Assembly (NCBI GenBank): GCA_964016885.1
Contig: OZ024764.1
Coordinates: forward strand, 15,810,001-15,874,000
Origin: Eledone cirrhosa
Taxonomy: Eukaryota
Reading direction: 5' to 3'
Length of the DNA: 64,000 nucleotides
Below are positions 29,143-42,389 of this stretch, in pieces. Numbering within the stretch: the stretch's first letter is position 1; every line of letters begins with the position of its first letter. Position numbers and translations under genes: made by a program. The notes under the pieces were generated by a model. That model saw only the letters and a list, made by a program, of their open reading frames with translations, ran no database searches and was not told the origin of the DNA.

Positions 29143-29636
29143 GAACTGGGAAACTATAACACATATAACCCTATCAGTGAAGCCCTTTAGTATAGGTCAA
29201 CTGGGAAATTATAATACATATAACCCTATCAGTGAAGCCCTTTAGTATAGGTCAACTGGGAAACTATAACATATAACCCTATCAGTGAAGCCCTTTAGTA
29301 TAGGTCAACTGGGAAATTATAACATATATAACCCTATCAGTGAAGCCCTTTAGTATAGGTCAACTGGGAAATTATAACACATATAACCCTATCAGTGAAG
29401 CCCTTTAGTATAGGTCAACTGGGAAACTATAACATATAACCCTATCAGTGAAGCCCTTTAGTATAGGTCAACTGGGAAATTATAACACATATAATCCTAT
29501 CAGTGAAGCCCTTTAGTATAGGTCAACTGGGAAATTATAACACACATAACCCTATCAGTGAAGCCCTTTAGTATAGGTCAACTGGGAAATTATATCACAC
29601 ATAACCCTATCAGTGAAGCCCTTTAGTATAGGTCAT
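29143..29636. repeat. 53-55 bp minisatellite, 9 copies
   Basis: Unit caactgggaaattataacacatataaccctatcagtgaagccctttagtataggt. Confidence 0.95.
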
Positions 29637-29885
29637 CACTTCCTTGACAGAGTTTCAGAAGATCTCGTTAAGGGTGAAAGCTGTGATTCTTTGCTTAAAC
29701 TTTAATCTGTTATTTTAATAAATATTTGCTCTAGGGTTCTTATATATTTGATATATATTTATCCTTATCGAGCCCTCTTTGGATTTTAGTTTTCACATTT
29801 ATTATTATTACTATATATATATAATGAAGGATGGACCATAATGCACCAGAGTACTCAATACTTAGGGTAGTAGAGTGGATAATAG

Positions 29886-30000
29886 GAAAATGTTTAACCC
29901 CGACAGCAGAACTCATGCCGTTTCGACGGCTATTTCTGGACTCAGTCCAGAAATAGCTGTCAAAACGGCTTGAACTCTGCCGTCGGGGTTAAACATTTTC
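29886..30000. repeat. 115-bp imperfect palindrome
   Basis: gaaaatgtttaaccccgac...tttctggact-c-agtccagaaa...gtcggggttaaacattttc. Confidence 0.85.
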
Positions 30001-30017
30001 TATATATATGTATATAT

Positions 30018-30324
30018 TATCATCATCATTTCATTTTACGTCCGCTTTTTTCCTGCTTGCAAGGGTGGGACGGGAGCTGATTCTGGCTTGATTTCTACAG
30101 CTGGATGCCCTTCCTAACACCAACCTCATTTACAGTGAGTGCTGGGTGCTTTTATGCCGTGGCACCTCCACGACCACTTTGCATTTCTACAGCTGAGTAA
30201 ACTGGAGCAATGTGAAATAAAGTGTCTTGCTCAAGGAAACAACACATCACCCGGTCTGAGAATTGAACTCACAACCTTTCGATTGCAAGGCCAATGCTCT
30301 AACCACTAAGCCATGTGCCTCCAT
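30018..30324 (-). mobile_element. CORE-like tRNA-derived SINE family 2 with RTE-A tail
   Basis: Head tggcttagtggttagagcattggccttgcaatcgaaaggttgtgagttcaattc, core ccttgagcaagacacttt, tail gcaagcagg..ggacgtaaaatga. Confidence 0.9.
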
Positions 30325-30805
30325 ATATATATAGTTAAGCTAATTAGTACAGCACTTAGTAATGTCACTAAGCCTTACAGAAACTATTTAGACTGTGAAA
30401 TAAACTAGATTCAGATTACTATTATAATTATTCAGTGGAGATTTGTTTGTTGGAAGATGAGACAGGAAGTGGTTTCCTGTCTCCTCCAACACAGAAGAGT
30501 TTCAGAGAATTCTAGAACTCTCTCAATAAGTAGAGAGAAATGAAAGGTTCTTCTTCTTCTTCTTCTTCTTCTTCTTCTTCTTCTTCTTCGCTTTCTTCTT
30601 CTTCTTCTTCTTCTTCTTCTTCTTCTTCTTCTTGCTCCAGTATACTCAGCTGAAAATGAGTACCAGCAATAGCTGGAGTTTAAATCTGTGATGGACTGGT
30701 GTCCTGTCCAGGGGGAAGTCTTGTACTCTCAATCACTTCACGCCATGAAACCAAGATAAGCACTGGCCTACCGGTTAGTTTTGCCTGTAAAATCTATCTA
30801 GTCAA

Positions 30806-31254
30806 TCTTTCCTGAGACATTCTAACCACATGTCTGTAGTATCAGAACTGTCATCTCTCAATTCGGAGATTCTTTCCTCAGACATTCTAACCACATGTCT
30901 GTAGTATCAGAGCTGTGATCTCTCAATTCAGAGATTCTTTCCTGAGACATTCTAACCACATGTCTGTAGTATCAGAGCTGTGATCTCTCAATTCAGAGAT
31001 TCTTTCCTCAGACATTCTAACCACATGTCTGTAGTATCAGAGCTGTGATCTCTCAATTCAGAGATTCTTTCCTCAGACATTCTAACCACATGTCTGTAGT
31101 ATCAGAGCTGTGATCTCTCAATTCAGAGATTCGTTCCTCAGACATTCTAATCACATGTCTGTAGTATCAGAGCTGTGATCTCTCAATTTAGAGATTCTTT
31201 CCTGAGACGTTCTAACCACATGTCTGTAGTATCAGAGCTGTGATCTCTCAATTT
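30806..31254. repeat. 65-bp minisatellite, 7 copies
   Basis: Unit tctttcctcagacattctaaccacatgtctgtagtatcagagctgtgatctctcaattcagagat. Confidence 0.95.
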
Positions 31255-31260
31255 GGAAAA

Positions 31261-31487
31261 GTTTGGAACATAACTTAACAAAGGTTCTTACATGAAATTA
31301 TGATGGAAGGTTTTTAGATTAAAATAAACACTTTAACCCTTTCATTACCATATTTCTAATGAAAGACACTGTTGGTGTTTGGAACATAACTTAACAAAGG
31401 TTCTTACATAAAATTATGATGGAGGGTTTTTAGATTAAAATAAACACTTTAACCCTTTCATTACCATATTTGTAATGAAAGACACAG
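31261..31487. repeat. ~116-bp direct duplication containing a second TTAACCCTTT-type MITE end
   Basis: gtttggaacataacttaac...ttaaccctttcattaccatattt..aatgaaagacac occurs twice. Confidence 0.75.
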
Positions 31488-32117
31488 ACACCACCACAAC
31501 ACATCACACCACCACATCACCACCACCACCACAACACATCACACCACCACACCACCACCACCACCACAACACATCACACCACCACACCACCACCACCACC
31601 ACCACACCACTAGACAACAGAAAGACAAGATTCTTGGGAATTGGTGCAACATTGTGTGATGATTAGTGTTTTGTCTGTTGCTGTGGTGGTGTGGTGTGGT
31701 GGTGGTGTGGTGGTGTGGTGGTGGTGGTGGTGCTGCTGTGGTGGTGGTGGTGTTGGTAATGATGGGGTGGTAGTGGTGGTGGTGGTGGTGGTGGTGATGA
31801 TAGTAGTGTGGTGATGGTGATGGTGGTGGGTGTGTTATAGTGATAGTGATGGTGGTGGTGATGATGGTGATGATGATTCTGGTGTTCTATTTTTATTGTG
31901 GTGTTAGTGGTGGTGGTGGAAGTGGTGGTGGTGGAAGTGGTGGAAGTGGTGGTGGTGGTGGTAGTGGTGGTGGTGGAAGTGGCGGTGGTGGTGTTGGTGA
32001 TGTTGGTTGATGTTAATATTCATTCTCACTTTGAAGTCATTATTCTCACTTTGAAATGGTATTTCTTTCACTTGAAACCATCATATGTAGTCTCGTTATG
32101 AAATAGCTGATCATGTC

Positions 32118-32558
32118 TAACCCTTTAGCATTTAAACTGGTCGTATCCAGCCAGAATTCTCTCACCTCTTTCTGTATAAACTGGCTGTAATCGGCCACTC
32201 ATACTGATGTTAAGGTATTGTTCTCAAAATAAATAATATCAAAATCTCATAGATTTGATATTATGTGAGATATTATGTGAGGTAAAGCCTTTACTGTGAC
32301 AATACAATAGTATATATAGAGTAATGTAAATGTTATGTGAGATATTATGTGAGGTAAAGCCTTTACTGTGAAAATACAATAGTATATATAGAGTAATGTA
32401 AATGTTATGTGAGATATTATGTGAGGTAAAGCCTTTACTGTGAAAATACAATAGTATATATAGAGTAATGTAAATGTTATGTGAGATATTATGTGAGGTA
32501 AAGCCTTTACTCTGAAAATACAATAGTATATATAGAGTAATGTAAATGTTATGTGAGG

Positions 32559-32563
<5 letters not shown>
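32118..32563. mobile_element. piggyBac-type MITE, right end lost, ~4 x 72-bp units
   Basis: taaccctttagcatttaaa followed by the family body. Confidence 0.8.
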
Positions 32564-32600
<37 letters not shown>

Positions 32601-32903
32601 GTATATATATATGTATATATATATGTATATATATATGTATATATATATGTATATATATATTATATGGAGGTGGTATGTAATAAATGTATGTATGAGTGTA
32701 TGTATGTATGTATATATATATTTATATATACATATGTATGTCTAGTAATATAAATAGACATAAAAACATACAAGGATGTATAAACATTGTTGTGTGTGTA
32801 TATAATTGGAATTATATACAACCTCAGTGTTTATATGTATATACACACATAGACACACACATATATATACATATATATACATATATATATACATATGTAT
32901 ATA

Positions 32904-32959
<56 letters not shown>

Positions 32960-33087
32960 TATATACATACACACACCCTTCCGCAACCGTCTACCCCCTC
33001 TCATTCACCCTCTTTAGTGGTAACCACACTTCCCCTAGTGCCCTGTCTACATTTTCCCCCCAAGGCCCTTCACCTTCCCAAGTCCCA

Positions 33088-33762
33088 AGACAAAAACCAC
33101 CCAGTCCACCCTGTAAAGTGGTCATGTAGGTGTCACAACAAAAAGTACCCAGTCCACACTGTAAAGTGGTTGTGAGGGTGTCACGACAAAAAGCACCCAG
33201 TCCACACTGTAAAGTGGTTGTGAGGGTGTCACGACAAAAAGTACCCAGTCCACACTGTAAAGTGGTTGTGAGGGTGTCACGACAAAAAGTACCCAGTCCA
33301 CACTGTAAAGTGGTTGTGAGGGTGTCACGACAAAAAGTACCCAGTCCACACTGTAAAGTGGTTGTGAGGGTGTCACGACAAAAAGTACCCAGTCCACACT
33401 GTAAAGTGGTCATGTAGGTGTCACAACAAAAAGTACCCAGTCCACCCTGTAAAGTGGTCATGTAGGTGTCACAACAAAAAGTACCCAGTCCACCCTGTAA
33501 AGTGGTCATGTAGGTGTCACAACAAAAAGTACCCAGTCCACACTGTAAAGTGGTTGTGAGGGTGTCACGACAAAAAGCACCCAGTCCACACTGTAAATGA
33601 GGTTGATGTTAGGAAGGACATCCAGCTGTAGAAAACCTGCCAGAAACTCTTCTATATGAGCAAGACATGGTCACCAGACCCAACTTGCCTCTAAATGGGA
33701 CAAACCCGTCTAACCCATGCTAGCCTGGAAAATAGCCGTTAATTAATGGTGATGATGATGTA
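33088..33762 (+). mobile_element. RTE-derived 3' module containing a 48-bp minisatellite (~10 copies, 33100-33597)
   Basis: Unit cccagtccacactgtaaagtggttgtgagggtgtcacgacaaaaagta, followed by gttaggaaggacatccagctgtag...aacccatgctagc...gatgatg. Confidence 0.85.
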
Positions 33763-34174
33763 TACACATCCACACATACAGACACACATATATATATATA
33801 TTTACATACACATATACATATATATACACACACACACACATATATATATATATATTTACATACACATATACATATATGTACACACACACATATATATACA
33901 TATATGTGTGTGTGTAGACAAGAGTGTATGTATGCGTATGTGTCTAAAATATGTGTGTGTTTGAGTGACTCTAACATCACTGACAACACTCTCACACACA
34001 CACACACGCACACATGCTATCACACCCACACTTACACATACACACATACACATGCATGCTAACACACATGCCCACAGACACACACTCACATATGTATATA
34101 TACACACACACCAACACACTCACACACACACACACATAAGTACCAATTACATCAATACCCTTAAGAAAACACTT

Positions 34175-35715
34175 CCACACACACCACCACCACCACCACA
34201 CCACCACCACCACCACCACCACCACACCACCACCACCAACACCACCACTACACACCACCACCAACACCACCCCCACTACACACCACCAACACCACCACCA
34301 CCATCACTACACACCACCACCAACACCACTGCCAACACTGCTACACACCACCACCACCACCAACACCACCACTGCCACCACCACAACCACCACTGCCACC
34401 ACCACAACCACTACACACTACCACCACCACCTTCACCACCACCACCACCTTCACCACCACTACACACCACCACCACCACTGCCACCACCACCACTGCCAC
34501 CACCACCACTGCCACCACCACCACCACCACCACCACACCACCACCACTGCCACCACCACCACACCACCACCACCACCACCACCACCACCACCTTCACCAC
34601 CAACACCACCTTCACCACCACTACACACCACCACCACCACTGCCACCACCACCACTGCCACCACCACCACACCACCACCACACCACCACACCACCACCAC
34701 CACCACCACCACCTTCACCATTCTTCCTTTGGCACCAGTTTCTTCCTCTTCCCCCTCCTAACACCTGCTTTCCTGCCTCACCCCCCCTCACCCCCCCCCG
34801 TTGCTTTATCATCTCTCTCCTTCTCCCCTTTCTTCCACCACCACCTACACCACCACTACCTCTACACCACCACCACCACACCACACCACCACCAAAACTA
34901 CCACACCACCACCAAAACTACCACACCACCACCACACCACCACCACACCACACCACCACCAACACTACCACAACACCACCACCACACCACCACCACACCA
35001 CACCACCACCAACACTACCACAACACCACCACCACACCACCACCAACACCACACCACCACCAACACTACCACAACACCACCACCACACCAACACCACACC
35101 ACCACCAACACTACCACAACACCACCACCACACCAACACCACACCACCACCAACACTACCACAACACCACCACCACACCAACACCACACCACCACCAACA
35201 CTACCACGACACCACCACCACACCAACACCACACCACCACCAACACTACACCACAACACCACCACCACACCACCACCACACCACACCACCACCAACACTA
35301 CCATGACACCACCAAAACTACCACACCACCACCACACCACCACCACACCACCACCAACACTACCACGACACCACCACCACACCACACCACACCACCACCA
35401 ACACTACACCACAACACCACCACCACACCACCACCACACCACACCACCACCAACACTACCATGACACCACCACAACACCACACCAACACCACACCACCAC
35501 ACCACAACACCAACATCAACACCACACCACCACAACACCACCACACCACCACACCACAGTAGTAGTAGTAGTGGCAGTAAGAGCCAGCAGGTAGAAAGAA
35601 GAAGGTAGAAAGAAGAAGGAAGAAGAAGCAGAAGAAGGAAGAAGAAGAAGAAGAAGAAGAAGAAGAAGGAAGAAGAAGAAGAAGAAGGAGGAAGAAGAAG
35701 AAGAAGGAGGAGTAA
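34175..35715. repeat. (ACC)n low-complexity field followed by (GAA)n
   Basis: Seen directly. Confidence 0.9.
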
Positions 35716-35875
35716 GCTGAAAGAAGTCCTTCCTTCATCAAGCTTCATTGAGAGGGAAGTACTGGAAGACAGCAGACCACCATCTTAACTTCTCTGGGAC
35801 ATCTTGTTTAACCAACTACCAGTTGCTTTCTTTCCTTCTTCTCTCTCTCACACACACTCTCTCTCTCTCTCTACA

Positions 35876-35928
<53 letters not shown>

Positions 35929-36094
35929 ACACTGTACTGCCAATATTATATATATATAGATATATATATAGAGGTGTATAGATATATACTGTTTGCCTTT
36001 TGGGGTTTTCTGGTAGGTAATGCTTTTATTATTGATTAATTTGTTACAGATTCCTATATATATATATATATATGTATATAACATACATATATAT

Positions 36095-36135
<41 letters not shown>

Positions 36136-36190
36136 CATATATATCTATATATATATATATGTGTATATATATGTGTATATATATGTATGT

Positions 36191-36228
<38 letters not shown>

Positions 36229-36248
36229 ATGTGTATATATATGTATGT

Positions 36249-36286
<38 letters not shown>

Positions 36287-36305
36287 ATGAGTATATATAT
36301 GTATG

Positions 36306-36354
<49 letters not shown>

Positions 36355-36455
36355 ATGTGTATATATATGTATGTTATATATATATATATATATATGCAGT
36401 GTTTTCTATACCTTTCATTTATATATATATATATATATATAACATACATATATAT

Positions 36456-36504
<49 letters not shown>

Positions 36505-36656
36505 TCTATGTATACATATGCATATTTATATAGATATATATGTATGTATGTATATATGTGTGTATATATATATATACACACCTTCACCTATATGTTTACA
36601 CAGATGTATGTATTCCTGCCATATATGCTTGTATATATATATATACACACATATAT

Positions 36657-36987
36657 ATATATATTCAAAATATTAACAAAAATAGATATTCTTGTGATCA
36701 AGTATATTTTATTATACATATTTCAGAGGTACTGAGTTATCTTCAACAGTACGTCCTCATCAGATAAAATAAGATGCATGACATACCCTGACATAGTAGA
36801 TGGTTAAGATTCAGTCATGACTACCATGACTGAATCTTAACCATCTACTATGTCAGGGTATGTCATGCATCTTATTTTATCTGATGAGGACGTACTGTTG
36901 AAGATAACTCAGTACCTCTGAAATATGTATAATAAAATATACTTGATCACAAGAATATCTATTTTTGTTAATATTTTGAATATATAT
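36657..36987. mobile_element. Apparently perfect palindrome (~163-bp arms, 5-bp spacer actac); Penelope pLTR-like, hammerhead in each arm
   Basis: Arms are reverse complements about 36822; the ORF track also gives the identical peptide on both strands. Confidence 0.8.
36873..36939 (+). ncRNA. Minimal hammerhead ribozyme (mirror copy on minus strand at 36705-36771)
   Basis: UAUUUUAU-CUGAUGA-GGA C GUACUG uugaagauaacu CAGUAC C UCU-GAAA-UAUGUA-UA-AUAAAAUA. Confidence 0.8.
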
Positions 36988-37571
36988 TAATAACTCTGGA
37001 AAACCTTTGTTGTGGAGTGCTTCTAATCTATTGTAAAACTCATTCTTTGATTTATTCATTGAACATTGTTTAACCTTTAAATATATATATTTATATACAG
37101 CAAGTCAAGGGTTCAAATTCTATATTATAACATTTTGGGGGTCATTTGTCATTGTCATAGCTACTATACTAAAATTTGGCAGACAGAGACTGTTTTGATG
37201 CCTGTAAAGTAGATAATTTCATCTCTGATTCAAACGTCCAGCATTTTCATACATATTGTTCCATGCTGAATCTCCCTGAGAATTATGTTATGCGTGCACA
37301 TGTCTGTGCCACTTTAATGTCAACTTCATCAGCACATTGGTCAAACAAATGTGACATTCATCGTTGCATCTGGTGAAGATCCAATGCATGTGTGTATATA
37401 TATATATTATATATATATATGTATGTATATATGTATGTACTTATTATGTATGTATGTATGTATATATATATATGTATGTATGTATTTATGTATGTGTGTG
37501 CATGTATCTATGTACTTATATATGTATGTACTTATATATATATATATGTATGTATATATATATGTATATGT

Positions 37572-37916
37572 ATGGAGGCACATGACTTAGTGGTTAGAGC
37601 ATTGGCCCTTGCAATCGAAAGATTGTGAGTTCAATTCTCAGACCAGGTGATGTGTTGTTTCCTTGAGCAAGACACTTTATTTCACATTGCCTCCAGTTTA
37701 CTCAGCTGTAGAAATGAGATGATAGGGACTGGGGGTCCTATCGTTCCACTGCAAAGTGGTCGTGGAGGGTGCCACGGCAAAAAAGCACCCAGCACTCACT
37801 GTAAATGAGGTTGGTTATTAGGAAGGGCATCCAGCTGTAGAAATCAAGCCAGAATCAGTTCCCGTCCCACCCTTGCAAGCAGGGAAAAGTGGACGTAAAA
37901 TGAAATGAAAATGAAT
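37572..37916 (+). mobile_element. CORE-like SINE family 2, full length
   Basis: tRNA-like head, core, RTE module and RTE-A tail with (aaatg)n. Confidence 0.9.
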
Positions 37917-37934
37917 GTATATGTATATATATGT

Positions 37935-38128
37935 CGGGTCACTCTTGAGTGCTTCTGATAACATGTAACCCAGTACAACCTGTCGCACGGTTGGGTCATC
38001 AGCGACTAAACCAGCAACCCCCCAAGTTTATTTGGTGAGGAGGGTGATTTTGGACACCCTGCAGGACAAAAAAAACAAAACCTGACAAAGGGCAGAAGAA
38101 CTCATAAGAGTCCATGGCCATCTGAACT
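37935..38128 (+). repeat. Dispersed repeat (inverted copy at ~56800-56978), probably a LINE 5' UTR
   Basis: taacatgtaacccagtacaacctgtc...tggtgaggagggtga..ttggacaccctgcaggac matches the reverse complement at 56.8-57.0 kb. Confidence 0.6.
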
Positions 38129-38312
38129 TCTACATATATAAATATGTATGCATGTTTGTATATATATATATATAATTTATATATATAAATGCACTACATT
38201 TCATCAAAGTTGCATATATAGTACATTATTCTATGTACTGTACATGCACATTTGATGAGTTGTAGTGCACCTGAGCACTGTACACAATAATTTCATTATT
38301 ATTATATATATA

Positions 38313-38500
38313 TGCGGTGAATTGGCAGTATCGGTAGAGGGTCGGACATGCTTTCCAGCATAGAGTTACGTCCCTTTATGATCTGAGTTCAAATCCTGCT
38401 GAGGTTAACTTTGCCTTTCATCCTTACGGGGGTCGATAAAATAAAGTACCAGTAATGCACTGGGTAATTGCTGGCCTTGTGCCTAAAGTAGAAACAATTA
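38313..38500 (+). mobile_element. SINE family 1, full length
   Basis: Matches 11928-12120. Confidence 0.9.
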
Positions 38501-38610
38501 TATATATATGCAAGAGATGTCAACATGAATGGACCTGTTATTTTAATCTAAAGACATTTTTTCCAATTCCATCCCACCCGTCCCCTCAATCTACCTTATT
38601 TCTCATTCTT

Positions 38611-38646
38611 TCTTCTGATGAAGGACTAGCGTCCGAAACGTTAAGA
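38611..38646 (+). ncRNA. Minimal hammerhead ribozyme in a ~230-bp dispersed element (38505-38735; second copy 52240-52472)
   Basis: UCUU-CUGAUGA-A-GGAC uagc GUCC-GAAA-CG-UU-AAGA. The extra A after the core and the palindromic ACGU stem III are as in Penelope-type minimal hammerheads. Confidence 0.8.
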
Positions 38647-38788
38647 CCCTCTTCCTGCTATATCAAGCGTTAACCTAATATATCCCTTCCATATACTGTA
38701 CTGATTGTGTTGTTATTTCTGTTTACCTTTTACATATATATATATAGATATATGTGTGTGTATATATATATGTATGCGCGTATGTATG

Positions 38789-38833
<45 letters not shown>

Positions 38834-38922
38834 ACATATATATATACACACACATTTATATATACATATGCATGTATGTATATATATGTATGTATATATG
38901 TGCATATATATATACATGTATG

Positions 38923-39052
<130 letters not shown>

Positions 39053-39692
39053 TATATATATATATAATCATACATGTATATATATATGCATATATATACA
39101 TACATACATATATACATACATACATGCATATGTATATATAAATGTGTGTGTATATATATATATGTAGATATATATAAATAAATATATATATCATCATCAT
39201 CATCATCTTCCAGGCTTGCATGGGTATATATATACATATATAGATATATACACAGATACACAAATAGATAATGAGAGAAGTAAGAGATATCTAATGGAGG
39301 AGGAGGCCGAGGCAGCGGAGGGGGCTGGAAGTATTTTCTCTGGATCCCAGAATATGTTTGGGGTTTATCAAAATCAGAGTAACATTGAACAAAAGTGAAG
39401 GGGACAAGAGATCCCTACTCTCCACAGCCCCTTCTGAAAATACCTCTTATCTCACTCACCCCCACCTCCTCCTCATACACACTCATAAAATTCCTCTCAG
39501 TTACCCTCATTATGTATGTATATGTGTATATATATGTGTATATATATGTATATATATATATATGTATATATATGTATATATATATGTATATATATATATG
39601 TATATATATGTATATATATATATATGTATGTATATATATATGTATATGTATATATATATATATGTGTATATATATGTATATATATATGTATG

Positions 39693-39743
<51 letters not shown>

Positions 39744-39802
39744 GTATGTATATATATATGTATGTATATATATATGTATGTATATATATATGTATATATA
39801 TA

Positions 39803-39841
<39 letters not shown>

Positions 39842-39896
39842 ATGAATATGTATTTATGTCTTTGTGTATATATATATATGTGTGTGTATGTATGTA

Positions 39897-39931
<35 letters not shown>

Positions 39932-40078
39932 GTGTGTTTCTAGCTGAATCTTTACAGAGGAGGTCACAGGTCATATAGTTGTTTATAACATTCTCCCCTC
40001 CCCGGAACAGGGTGCTAGCAAAGGGGTACTTGCTGCTTCCGCTAGTGTATATATATATATATATACATTTATATATAC

Positions 40079-40124
<46 letters not shown>

Positions 40125-40125
<1 letters not shown>

Positions 40126-40526
40126 AAATAAAATAAAATAAGTCAAATGTTTAAAATTTAGCTTTGTTTATTACTGTTATATATATTTCGGTGACAGCCA
40201 TCTTTGGCTGTGACCTCTTCAGGCAGTCCGAATTAGTGTGGTATAGACAAGTACATATGTTGTTGAGGTGTATAATTTTGTCAATACTCTGATATATATA
40301 CTCATATGATTCCAGTTCCTCAGGGAAATAACAACCCAACCAGGAACTGACATATGAGAGTATTGACAAAGTTATACACCTCAACAACATATGTACTTGT
40401 CTATACCACACTAATTCGGACTGCCTGAAGAGGTCACAGCCAAAGATGGCTGTCACCGAAATATATATAGCAGTAATAAACAAAGCTAAATTTTAAACAT
40501 TTGACTTATTTATTTTATTTTATTTT
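40125..40526. mobile_element. Fold-back element (~165-bp arms, 66-bp spacer) with a hammerhead in each arm
   Basis: 40125-40290 is the reverse complement of 40357-40526 with few mismatches. Confidence 0.8.
40420..40474 (+). ncRNA. Minimal hammerhead ribozyme, best-preserved copy (mirror copy on minus strand at 40173-40227)
   Basis: ACUGC-CUGAAGA-GGU C ACAGCCA aaga UGGCUGU C ACC-GAAA-UAUAUA-UA-GCAGU, followed immediately by AAUAAA. Confidence 0.9.
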
Positions 40527-40755
40527 ACATTACACGGGAGTAACCAAACCAACCTACGCACTTCGTCGAGTGCTCCAATCTGCGTACTGAGGTGTTGGTA
40601 TACAACCAACATATACTCAAAATTTATATATATATATATATATATTATCATATATATATATATACATGCAAGGTTATAAGTTTGGAGAATAGTCAGACAA
40701 AATATATCCAATCTTTTCTTCATAGTCTGTAGAAATAAACTAGATAAATAATCAT

Positions 40756-42268
40756 TTAACCCTTTAATGTTTAAACCGGCCAGAATTCTCTACCTTTTTC
40801 TGTTGAAACTGGCTGTAACTGGTCACTCATACTTATGTTAAGGTATTCTTCACAAACTAAATAATATCAAAATCTCATAGATTCAATATTATGTGAGATA
40901 TTATGTGAGGTAAAGCCTTTACTGTGAAAATACAATAGTATATATAGAGTAGTGTAAATGTTATGTGAGATATTATGTGAGGTAAAGCCTTTACTGTGAC
41001 AATACAATAGTATATATAGAGTAATGTAAATGTTATGTGAGATATTATGTGAGGTAAAGCCTTTACTGTGAAAATACAATAGTATATATAGAGTAATGTA
41101 AATGTTATGTGAGATATTATGTGAGGTAAAGCCTTTACTGTGATAATACAATAGTATATATAGAGTAATGTAAATGTTATGTGAGATATTATGTGAGGTA
41201 AAGCCTTTACTGTGACAATACAATAGTATATATAGCGTAATGTAAATGTTATGTGAGATATTATGTGAGGTAAAGCCTTTACTGTGACAATACAATAGTA
41301 TATATAGAGTAATGTAAATGTTATGTGAGGTATTATGTGAGGTAAAGCCTTTACTGTGACAATACAATAGTATATATAGAGTAATGTAAATGTTATGTGA
41401 GATATTATGTGAGGTAAAGCCTTTACTGTGACAATACAATAGTATATATAGAGTAATGTAAATGTTATGTGAGGTATTATGTGAGGTAAAGCCTTTACTG
41501 TGACAATACAATAGTATATATAGAGTAATGTAAATGTTATGTGAGATATTATGTGAGGTAAAGCCTTTACTGTGACAATACAATAGTATATATAGAGTAA
41601 TGTAAATGTTATGTGAGATATTATGTGAGGTAAAGCCTTTACTGTGAAAATACAATAGTATATATAGAGTAATGTAAATGTTATGTGAGATATTATGTGA
41701 GGTAAAGCCTTTACTGTGACAATACAATAGTATATATAGAGTAATGTAAATGTTATGTGAGGTATTATGTGAGGTAAAGCCTTTACTGTGACAATACAAT
41801 AGTATATATAGAGTAATGTAAATGTTATGTGAGATATTATGTGAGGTAAAGCCTTTACTGTGACAATACAATAGTATATATAGAGTAATGTAAATGTTAT
41901 GTGAGATATTATGTGAGGTAAAGCCTTTACTGTGACAATACAATAGTATATATAGAGTAATGTAAATGTTATGTGAGATATTATGTGAGGTAAAGCCTTT
42001 ACTGTGACAATACAATAGTATATATAGAGTAATGTAAATGTTATGTGAGGTATTATGTGAGGTAAAGCCTTTACTGTGACAATACAATAGTATATATAGA
42101 GTAATGTAAATGTTATGTGAGATATTATGTGAGGTAAAGCCTTTACTGTGACAATACAATAGTATATATAGAGTAATGTAAATGTTATGTGAGATATTAT
42201 GTGAGGTAAAGCCTTTACTGTGACAATACAATAGTATATATAGAGTAGTGTAAATGCTAAAGGGTTAA
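40756..42268. mobile_element. piggyBac-type MITE expanded by a 72-bp internal array (~19 copies)
   Basis: ttaaccctttaatgttta ... taaatgctaaagggttaa; unit tattatgtgaggtaaagcctttactgtgacaatacaatagtatatatagagtaatgtaaatgttatgtgaga. Confidence 0.9.
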
Positions 42269-42389
42269 GATCTGATGAGAGTGAAGATGTGTAAACTTGT
42301 CTTGTACATCACCTTTCTTTATTTTCTTCTTCCAGTCACCTCTATGTACCAACACACTTCTCCTTGACCCCCTCCTCTTTCTATCTTTT

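Noticed and set aside
37176-37390. Unique-looking island with short ORFs and a minus-strand ctgatga
   Set aside because: No recognisable protein motif and no properly spaced GAAA or stems
39995-40045. Helitron 3' end (hairpin + CTAG-T); similar motif at 60062-60100 on the minus strand
   Set aside because: Hairpins are weak and no 5' TC end or body could be identified
40867-42231. 454-aa ORF with a 24-aa repeat
   Set aside because: Reading frame through the 72-bp MITE-internal array
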